64,000 nucleotides of DNA, from NCBI GenBank assembly GCA_044376115.1, contig JBILLK010000004.1, forward strand, positions 288,001 through 352,000, written 5' to 3'. Under the pieces are notes generated by a model that saw nothing but the letters and a program-made list of their open reading frames with translations, ran no database searches and had not been told where the DNA came from. Positions 56,541 through 64,000 of the stretch are shown in pieces. Source of the stretch: Polyangiaceae bacterium. GTDB taxonomy: Bacteria; Myxococcota_A; Polyangia; Polyangiales; Polyangiaceae. Numbering within the stretch: the stretch's first letter is position 1; every line of letters begins with the position of its first letter. Made by a program: the position numbers and the translations under genes.

Positions 56541-58037
56541 ATGAACCTTCGACGTCTTGTCTTAGCGGCGACGCTGTCGTCCGCTGCGGTGACCCTTTGT
56601 CCGACTGATGCGGACGCCTGCGGAGCATGTTTGGCGCCTCCGCCGGACCTCACGCAGGAGCCGCCGCCGCTCGTCGGCGCGCACCGAATGGTGCTTTCGA
56701 TGTCCACGGACCGCACCATTCTTTGGGACCAAATTCAATTTGCCGGCGAGGCCAGCGAGTTCGCTTGGATTCTCCCGGTGAAGCCTGGCGCAACCGTTGA
56801 ACTCGGCTCCAACGCCTGGCTCGATACGCTCGACGCCGCTACCACGCCGCAGATCATCCCGCCCAACGCAGACTGTGATGGCACTGCGTCCTGTTCGATG
56901 TCGGCAGAGGCGGTCGTCATGGGCTGTGGCGACGGTGGTGCCGAATTGGGACCGGTCGAGGCAACCCCAAGCGTCGACGTCGTCTCGCGTGAGAGCGCAG
57001 GTCCGTACGAGATCGTGATCCTACGCAGCAACTCGGATAACTCACTGCGGGTTTGGCTCGATGAACACGGCTTCGCCATCCCGGCCGACTTCGACCCCAT
57101 CATCGACGACTACATCGACGAGGGCTTCGACTTCGCTGCCTTGCGGCTGCTGCCGGCGGCGGGCGTTTCCCAGATGCGTCCCGTGCGCGTGCAGCAGCCT
57201 GGGGCGGTGCCGGTGCTCCCGCTGCGAATGGTGGCGGGCGGCGCTGGCGCACGCACGCCGATGAGCTTGTTCATCGTCACCGAGGGACGCTACGAGCCGC
57301 TGAATTTCCCTTCGGGGAGCGTCAATCCGGCCAACCTCAACTACGACTTCAACACCCTCTCGAGCAACTACGCAGCCGAGCGCGACCGCCTGCTGGACTT
57401 GAACAACAACGGCTTTTGGGCGGTGACGTACGCAGCTCCCGGCAGCTTGTTCAAGGTGATCGAGAACCCCTCCAACGAGCTGCCCCTCACCTATCGCATC
57501 TCCAACGGCTGGAGCTATGAGACCTTCTATGAGGCCTACCTCAGCCAGGCCTTCGTCAATGGCGAGACCGCCAGTACCGAATGCGTCGACGCGCTGGCTG
57601 CGCTTCGTACCGAAGGTCGTCGCGTCGTTGACCCCTGCGACGACGAGGGCGAATGCCGCACCGTGACCGCCGACGAGATCGACGTACGCAGCCTCGAGTG
57701 CGAAGCACCCATCGGCAGCGACGTGCCCTTTGACGACCTCGCGGCGGCGCTCGTGGGCCTGCATCCCAAAGACGTTTGGGTCACGCGGCTCGACGCGAAC
57801 CTCTCGAAGGAGGCGATGGTGAATGATCTGGTGCTCACGCCCGCCCCTGGCCAAAACGAGCTCGATCTCTTCGTCACGCCGTTTCGCGGACGCAACACTC
57901 CCTGCGCTGGACGCGCAACCGTCGCTCGTAGTTCGCGCATCGGACGCTTCGGCACCGGCGTTGTGCTGACCGCGATCCTGGCGCTCGCGCTGACTCGACG
58001 TTACGGCCGTCGCACGGTGGTTCGGGGGCAAGCATGA
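56541..58037 (+). CDS. DUF2330-like secreted protein with C-terminal anchor
   Basis: ADA-CG start, QFAGEASEFAWILPV, GPYEIVIL, WLDEHGF, YIDEGFDFAALRL, LPLRM; C-terminal TM plus RR. Confidence 0.8.
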   Translation: MNLRRLVLAATLSSAAVTLCPTDADACGACLAPPPDLTQEPPPLVGAHRMVLSMSTDRTILWDQIQFAGEASEFAWILPVKPGATVELGSNAWLDTLDAATTPQIIPPNADCDGTASCSMSAEAVVMGCGDGGAELGPVEATPSVDVVSRESAGPYEIVILRSNSDNSLRVWLDEHGFAIPADFDPIIDDYIDEGFDFAALRLLPAAGVSQMRPVRVQQPGAVPVLPLRMVAGGAGARTPMSLFIVTEGRYEPLNFPSGSVNPANLNYDFNTLSSNYAAERDRLLDLNNNGFWAVTYAAPGSLFKVIENPSNELPLTYRISNGWSYETFYEAYLSQAFVNGETASTECVDALAALRTEGRRVVDPCDDEGECRTVTADEIDVRSLECEAPIGSDVPFDDLAAALVGLHPKDVWVTRLDANLSKEAMVNDLVLTPAPGQNELDLFVTPFRGRNTPCAGRATVARSSRIGRFGTGVVLTAILALALTRRYGRRTVVRGQA

Positions 58038-59584
58038 GGCCGCAGAACTTCCTTTCGCACCCGCTATTTCTCGGCAACCTGGCATTGCTCCTGCTGAACG
58101 ATCACGTGCTCAAAGGCGCGGGCGTCCTGCCCAACGCGGTGACGGGTAAGCTCTCCGACGTTGCCGGCATGTTCGTGGCGCCGGTGCTGCTCGCGCTGCT
58201 ATGCCGCGTGCGATCGAAGAGCGGCGTGATCGCGGCTCACGTGGCGGTCGGAGTCGTTTTCTCGTGCCTCGAGCTTTGGCCTAGCGCGAGCACCTTCGCG
58301 AGCGAGCTCGCAGGCTTCGTCGGCTGGCGCTGGGTCGCGACGGCCGACTGGACCGACGTGCTGACGACGCTGACGCTGGTCCCGGCTTGCTGGCTCGTGC
58401 TGCGTGAAGCCGCGCGGCCGAGCGATGTCGGCGCACGCGCAATCTTCAACCAACGCAGCGTTGGCTTCGCGGCCAGCCTCGCCTGCGCGGCCAGCACCGG
58501 GACGCCCGAGTGGTCGCCCACCGACGATAACGATCTCGACGGCTTTCTTGGCGATGTCGATTGCAACGACTTCGACGCGCTGGTCAATCCGGGCGCTGGT
58601 AACTGCCCTGGCGAAGGTGTTGAGGCATGCTCCGATGGCGTCGACAACAACGGCGACGGTGCGATCGATTGCGCCGATCCCGATTGCAGCTTCGCTTGCG
58701 AAGATACCTTTGCCGCCTGCGGCATCGCCCAGCCCTTGCTTGAAACGGAGGGAGTGCTGATCGGTTCGACCTTGCAAAACGCGACGTGGGCGCTCGAGGG
58801 GACCTGCGGTGGAGCCGACTCGCCGGAGATGGTGATCTCGCTCTCGGTGCTCGAGCCAACCCTGCTCACCGTCGAGCCGCCGGAGGGCCACGTGGTCTAC
58901 CTGCGACAAGATTGCACGAGCGGCGCGAGCGAACTTCGCTGTGTCTCGTCGGAGGAGGACTTTGCAGAAGGCGCTCCGGTTTTGCAATACGAGCTCACGC
59001 CCTCACTCAACTACACGTTGGTGTTCGACGCGATCGATGGCTTCGACGCCGCCGACTTCGAGGCGCCGTTCGAACTCGAGACCCTTTACGTGTGCGGAGA
59101 TGGCTTCCTCGATCCAAACGAAGAGTGCGACGACGGAAACTTCGAGGACGGTGACTACTGCAGCTCACTTTGCACGATCACCGAGCCGTCGTGCTTCAGC
59201 ATTCCGGAGCTGCCGCTCGGCAAAGGCGAGACGCCGTTCCTCGCGGGCACGGTGGAGCTTGGTAGCAGCTGCAATGCGAACGGGCTCGGCGACCCCGAAC
59301 GAGCCTTCTGGTTCACTGCCCCCGCCGCCGGCACGCTCTCCGTCAGCGTCAACTCGGACGCGACCAACCTTTGGCTGTCGACCCGACTGGACGTCGGCGA
59401 GATCGGTTGCCCCAGCAGCGAGTTCAGCTGCATTCAGCAAGGCATTATCGGCTCTTCGGTCTCCGAGCTGATTCCGCTCGAGGCCGAGCAGCGCGTGCTG
59501 GTGATGATCGAAGGCTACGGACCGCTGCTGACGCCGGAGAGCACCCTGCAGCTGGACGTGACATTTAACGAGAATCCCCCGTGA
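58034..59584 (+). CDS. Membrane domain fused to Cys/Asp-rich myxobacterial repeats
   Basis: LLLNDHVLK..TGKLSDVAG multi-TM domain; DCNDFDALVNPGA, CSDGVDNNGDGAIDCADPDC, CGDG..EECDDGN. Confidence 0.75.
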   Translation: MRPQNFLSHPLFLGNLALLLLNDHVLKGAGVLPNAVTGKLSDVAGMFVAPVLLALLCRVRSKSGVIAAHVAVGVVFSCLELWPSASTFASELAGFVGWRWVATADWTDVLTTLTLVPACWLVLREAARPSDVGARAIFNQRSVGFAASLACAASTGTPEWSPTDDNDLDGFLGDVDCNDFDALVNPGAGNCPGEGVEACSDGVDNNGDGAIDCADPDCSFACEDTFAACGIAQPLLETEGVLIGSTLQNATWALEGTCGGADSPEMVISLSVLEPTLLTVEPPEGHVVYLRQDCTSGASELRCVSSEEDFAEGAPVLQYELTPSLNYTLVFDAIDGFDAADFEAPFELETLYVCGDGFLDPNEECDDGNFEDGDYCSSLCTITEPSCFSIPELPLGKGETPFLAGTVELGSSCNANGLGDPERAFWFTAPAAGTLSVSVNSDATNLWLSTRLDVGEIGCPSSEFSCIQQGIIGSSVSELIPLEAEQRVLVMIEGYGPLLTPESTLQLDVTFNENPP

Positions 59585-59627
59585 ATATCGATGACGCGTG
59601 CGAGCGGCCCCCATATTCTGCGCGGCC

Positions 59628-61313
59628 ATGCCTTCGCACGTAGCGTTCGCTGACGCCTTCAACCTCGCCCACTACTACCTCTTCGACCGCCTCAACGAAG
59701 GGCTCGCCGACAAGCCGGCGGTGCTGTTCGGTGAGCGGTCGTACAGCTACGGGGAGACGGCCGAGCGCGCCACCGCCTTTCAGCGCTTCTTGTCGCTGAA
59801 AGGCGTGCGCCGTGAAGAACGTGTCCTCATCATCCTGCACGACACGCCTGCGCATGTTTGGTCCTTCTTCGGCACGTTGCTGCACGGCGCGGTCGTCACC
59901 ATGGGCAACCCCGAGGCCCCCACGCAGGACCTCGCGTACTTGGTCGAATACACTCGCGCCACCGTCGTCATCACCATCGAGCGCGTGGCGGAGGCGCTCA
60001 AGGCCGAGCTCGGGTCGAAGCAGCTCAAGGCGGTGATCGTCGCGCGCGAAGTGGCGACCGGGGAAGACGTGCTCGACGAGCCGAGCGCCCTGCCGGAACT
60101 CGCGCTGGCTACGAGCCTGCCCAAGGCGCTGGAGGCTGGCGCAGCGGCCTCGAAGGACGATGAACACGCTCCGGTTCCGACCCATCGCGATGACATTGCG
60201 ATTTGGCTCTTCACCTCCGGTTCAACCGGCAAAAGCAAAGCCAACCTCCACGCGCACGGTGACTTCGCCTTCAACACCGAGGTCTACGCCAAAGGCACCG
60301 TGGGCTATCGGCGCGACGACATCACGGTCAGCGTGCCCCGCCTCTTTTTCGGCTACGCCACCGGCACCAACCTGATGTTCCCGTTCGCCGTCGGTGCCAC
60401 CACCGGCCTGTTCGCCGAGCGGCCTACGCCCGAGTCGCTGGTGCGTGCGATCGAGCGACATCGCGCGACGGTGGTCACCAACGTTCCGACGATGATGAGC
60501 AAGCTGCTCGACTTCGACGCGGCGAGGCAGGCGGACAGCGGCGCAGGTCTCGATCTCTCCAGTGTGCGCTTTCACCTCTCCGCCGGAGAGGCGCTCCCCG
60601 AACCGCTCTTGCGCCGCTTCACCGAGCGCTTCGGCGCCGAGGTTTACGACGGGATCGGCAGCGCCGAGATGTTTCACATCTATTGCTCCAACCGCCCCGG
60701 GGACGTGCGCCCCGGAACGCTCGGTCGCGTGGTGGAGGGCTACGAGCTCGCGATCCTGCCGGAAGAAGCCACAGCGCCCGGAGCGACCCCGGTCCCAACC
60801 GGCGAAGTCGGGGTGATGTGGGTCAAAGGGCCGTCGGCCTCGATGGGCTACTTCCAAGACCGCGAAAAGAGCTTCAAAACCTTCTTCGGCCCGTGGTGCC
60901 GGACCGGCGATCTATTCCGGCTCGATCACGAGGGCTACCTCACCTTCGTTGGGCGCTCCGACGACCTGCTCAAAGTGAGCGGTGTCTGGGTCGCGCCGCT
61001 CGAGGTGGAGGACTGCCTCTTGCGGCACCCGGCTGTAGCGATGGCGGCGGTGATCGGTCGCGAGGAGGAGGGGCTGGTCAAGGTGAAGGCGTTCATCGTG
61101 CTGCGGGACGAGCATCGGGCTTCGGCGGTGGGTACGCAGGCCAGCGCCCTCGCCGATCAGCTGCGCAACTTCGTCAAAGAGCGGCTCAGCAAACACAAGT
61201 ATCCGCGCTGGATCGTGTTCGCCGACGACCTGCCGAAGAACGACCGCGGCAAGGTGGATCGGCGCGCGCTTCGCGAGCTGGACGTACTTCCGAATGCAGC
61301 GTTGGGGCACTGA
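59628..61313 (+). CDS. Benzoate-CoA ligase family protein
   Basis: FTSGSTG, FFGYATG, SAGEALP, DGIGSAE, RTGD, PKNDRGK. Confidence 0.9.
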   Translation: MPSHVAFADAFNLAHYYLFDRLNEGLADKPAVLFGERSYSYGETAERATAFQRFLSLKGVRREERVLIILHDTPAHVWSFFGTLLHGAVVTMGNPEAPTQDLAYLVEYTRATVVITIERVAEALKAELGSKQLKAVIVAREVATGEDVLDEPSALPELALATSLPKALEAGAAASKDDEHAPVPTHRDDIAIWLFTSGSTGKSKANLHAHGDFAFNTEVYAKGTVGYRRDDITVSVPRLFFGYATGTNLMFPFAVGATTGLFAERPTPESLVRAIERHRATVVTNVPTMMSKLLDFDAARQADSGAGLDLSSVRFHLSAGEALPEPLLRRFTERFGAEVYDGIGSAEMFHIYCSNRPGDVRPGTLGRVVEGYELAILPEEATAPGATPVPTGEVGVMWVKGPSASMGYFQDREKSFKTFFGPWCRTGDLFRLDHEGYLTFVGRSDDLLKVSGVWVAPLEVEDCLLRHPAVAMAAVIGREEEGLVKVKAFIVLRDEHRASAVGTQASALADQLRNFVKERLSKHKYPRWIVFADDLPKNDRGKVDRRALRELDVLPNAALGH

Positions 61314-61314
61314 G

Positions 61315-62091
61315 ATGGAACACAGAAACCAACGCCTTGCAGAGCTCACCTCCAAAGAGTTTGGTGCGCTGCTCGAGAAAGAGCGGACGCTGGTCGTGCT
61401 GCTCGCGGTCGGCTCGGTTGAGCCGCACGGTCCGCACCTTCCGCTCGCGACCGATACCATCATCAGCGAGGCCGCCATGGTGCGCGCCCAGGCCCGCCTA
61501 CGTGGTCCCAAGCTCGACGTGCTGCTGGCGCCGCCGATCGCGTACGGCGTGACCGAGTTCGCGCGAGGTTTCCCGGGGACGGTGGGCATTCGGCCCGGGA
61601 CGCTCACAACCCTGCTGGAGGACGTGGTTGGCAGCCTGCTTTCGGCAGGAGCCAGTCACGTGTGCATCGTGAACAACCACCTCGAGCCGGAGCACGACAA
61701 GGCGGTGCGCGCAGTGGTGCCGCTGTTCAATGACGGTCGCGTCGCCGTCGCCTGCCCGCTCACGCGACGGCATGCGCGCACGCTCTCGGCCGAGTTCAAA
61801 TCGGGCGCTTGTCACGCGGGCAGCTACGAGACGTCGATCGTGATGGCGGCAGAGCCTGGGTTGGTTCGCGACGATAAACGGTTGAAGCTAGCCGAGGTGC
61901 CGGTCTCGCTCTCGGAAGGCATCGGGCGCGGGGAGAGCACCTTCATCGAGATGGGCATGAAGGACGCCTACGCAGGCGCGCCAGCGGCGGCGACGGCCGA
62001 GCACGGCGACGAGCAGCTCGAGCTGCTGGCCAGCATGATCGAGATCGAGGTCCGTGAAGGGCTGGCCAAGGTGGCGGTGCAGGCGCGCTAG
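61315..62091 (+). CDS. Creatininase family amidohydrolase
   Basis: GSVEPHGPHLPLATD, FPGT, HAGSYETS. Confidence 0.88.
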   Translation: MEHRNQRLAELTSKEFGALLEKERTLVVLLAVGSVEPHGPHLPLATDTIISEAAMVRAQARLRGPKLDVLLAPPIAYGVTEFARGFPGTVGIRPGTLTTLLEDVVGSLLSAGASHVCIVNNHLEPEHDKAVRAVVPLFNDGRVAVACPLTRRHARTLSAEFKSGACHAGSYETSIVMAAEPGLVRDDKRLKLAEVPVSLSEGIGRGESTFIEMGMKDAYAGAPAAATAEHGDEQLELLASMIEIEVREGLAKVAVQAR

Positions 62092-62843
62092 CTCTCGACC
62101 ACAGCGTCTGAAGCGAGCAGGGCTTCATCGATCGTTTGCCAAAGGCTGGTGGCCGCTTGAGCCAGCTCGGGTCGCGCGCCGAACCCCGTCAACAGCGCCG
62201 TGAAGGTCGTGGCGAGCAGCGCCTTGGCCGAGTACTCCGGCGCCGAGAAGCGATCCCGCGTGCGGAACTGGTTCATGCCGAACATCGCCCCCCACAAAAC
62301 AAAGGCGCGTTGCGCTGGATCAGCAGGCTGAAACACGCCCAACTTTTCGAGCTGGCTAAGCGAGCTAATGACCCGCATGAGCAGCGGCCCGACGGCGCGA
62401 TCGAGTTCTTTCGCGCCGTCGAGCGAGAGCACCGGCGAGACGTCGGCGTGCACGGCATTGAGCAGCGCATGATGCTCGAAGTTGCGTTCGCCCAAACGGG
62501 TGTAAACCGTGAGCAAGACGAGCAGCTCGGCCAGGCTGCAGACCAGCGGCCAGTCCTTGGCGTTGGCTTTACCCGGTTGCGCGTTTACCTGGGCGACCAC
62601 CACGCGCGAACGCTCGAGATCCTCGAGCTGGCGTTGATCGAGCTGGGCGAGGATGGCCGAAGCGACAGCCTGAATCATCGCCTCTTTGCTCGGATAATAG
62701 CGGTAAAGGCCGCCAACCGAGGCCTCCACGTCTTTGGCGACGCGCTGGATGGTCAACGCCGAAAGCCCCTCCTGGGCGACAATCTTGAGCGCAGCCCGTT
62801 GCACGTCCTCGCGCCGCGATGCCCTTCGTTGCTCTCGTTTCAT
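62088..62843 (-). CDS. TetR/AcrR family regulator
   Basis: GLSALTIQRVAKDVEASVGGLYRYYPSKE. Confidence 0.9.
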   Translation of the reverse strand: MKREQRRASRREDVQRAALKIVAQEGLSALTIQRVAKDVEASVGGLYRYYPSKEAMIQAVASAILAQLDQRQLEDLERSRVVVAQVNAQPGKANAKDWPLVCSLAELLVLLTVYTRLGERNFEHHALLNAVHADVSPVLSLDGAKELDRAVGPLLMRVISSLSQLEKLGVFQPADPAQRAFVLWGAMFGMNQFRTRDRFSAPEYSAKALLATTFTALLTGFGARPELAQAATSLWQTIDEALLASDAVVES

Positions 62844-62883
62844 ACGCTCGGCCCGCTCATCGAAGTGCAGTGCAGCCTTTGCA

Positions 62884-63774
62884 TCAAGGCGAGTTTGACA
62901 CCACTTCGGCCTGCGTTGGAACTACCAAAGCGCGCGACCAGCGCAGCTCGAGCACGTGCGTGAGGGCGGCGCCGAAAAAGAAGACGTGTGCCGAATAGTA
63001 GGTCCAAAGCAGCAGTAGGACGACGCTGGTGGCCGCTCCGAACACACTTTCAACGGCCTTATGCGCGATGTAGCCGCCTACGAGCGCGGCTCCAAAGGTG
63101 AACAGCACAGCCGTCACGACCCCGCCGACGGCCGCAACGCGAAGCCGGATTTTTGTGCTGGGGACCACGCGAAACATCACCGCGAAGAGCAGACCGGTGG
63201 CAACGAAGGACACGGCGTACTCAAGCCAACGGTGGATCGGCGTGACACCGAAGGCTGCCTCGAATTCGCGCAGTGTCTCCAGCACCGTGTGGCCGAAGAC
63301 CAAGCAGACCAGCATGATGCCCACGAACACCACCAGCAGAAAGGAGAACAGCCGCCGCACCAGGAAGGTCTTGGCGCGGTCGCGAAAGGTCGAGTTCGCC
63401 ATCGGGTCGATCGACCACAAAAGGTCGAACGCTCGGTTGAGGGTCGAGAACAACCGGGTCGAGCCGTACACGAGGATGACGAAGCCGAGCACGCTGGCCT
63501 CGGTGTCGCGCGAGCTCGTCCTACCGAGCCACTCAGCGATATTCTGAGCCCCGACCTCACCGACCCAGTGAGCCAGATGCGAATAGAGCGTGCGCCGCGC
63601 CGCGGCTTCACCGGTGATCAGCGCCGCCACCTTCAGCGACAAAACCAAAAGCGGCACCACCGAGAGGATGGCGCTGAAGGCGAGCGCGCCAGAGAGCACG
63701 CGGCCACCCCGGACCGAGAAGATCCGGAAGGCCTCTTGAACGACGAGGCGTACTTCAGCGAAGACTTCGCGCAC
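62884..63774 (-). CDS. YihY/BrkB family membrane protein
   Basis: ALAFSAILSVVP, LNRAFDLLW, FGAATSVVLLLLWTYYSAHVFFFGA; start approximate. Confidence 0.88.
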   Translation of the reverse strand: MREVFAEVRLVVQEAFRIFSVRGGRVLSGALAFSAILSVVPLLVLSLKVAALITGEAAARRTLYSHLAHWVGEVGAQNIAEWLGRTSSRDTEASVLGFVILVYGSTRLFSTLNRAFDLLWSIDPMANSTFRDRAKTFLVRRLFSFLLVVFVGIMLVCLVFGHTVLETLREFEAAFGVTPIHRWLEYAVSFVATGLLFAVMFRVVPSTKIRLRVAAVGGVVTAVLFTFGAALVGGYIAHKAVESVFGAATSVVLLLLWTYYSAHVFFFGAALTHVLELRWSRALVVPTQAEVVSNSP

Positions 63775-64000
63775 GCGACGCGCATCATGGCACGCTCGAG
63801 TGCATCGCGATCGTCCTTTACAGCGTAGCCAAAGACCTTTTGCGCGCCGAGATTCCCATGGAATGGCTGGCCATCTCAGTGTCTGCTGCAGGCTGACGCA
63901 TGTATCAAGGCCACCCATTCCGCAGCGGCGTCCGCACGATCCTCGAGTCCAGCCCGCCGCCATCGCTGCGAGCCCCGGTCGTCGGAGTGAAGCTCACGCC

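Noticed and set aside
63870..64000. 3' end of a minus-strand gene entering from the window edge
   Set aside because: Too short to assign frame or product

Overview
GC-rich, gene-dense bacterial chromosome segment. Its content (FHA-sigma54 activator, Ser/Thr kinases, PP2C, PEGA protein, Cys-rich lipoproteins, myxobacterial Cys repeats) points to Myxococcota, probably Polyangiales-like; this is inference. About 51 plausible CDSs; no rRNA, tRNA, CRISPR or mobile element seen. The main feature is an 18 kb type IV pilus tip locus (22.5-40.6 kb). One fimU-pilV-pilW-pilX minor pilin set is followed by three tandem two-gene cassettes, each a ~1400-1460 aa vWA/beta-propeller PilY1-like adhesin coupled to its own small lipoprotein of a family I do not recognise. 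Also present: scpA and scpB with long acidic repeat tails, gcvT-gcvH, an abm-like aromatic-CoA catabolic gene set without its monooxygenase half, and a Pho-box-associated block (phoD, OprO/P-like porin, LNS2/HAD lipoprotein) that interrupts that gene set. All family calls come from reading motifs by eye; no database search was run. Several start codons were moved from the ORF track.
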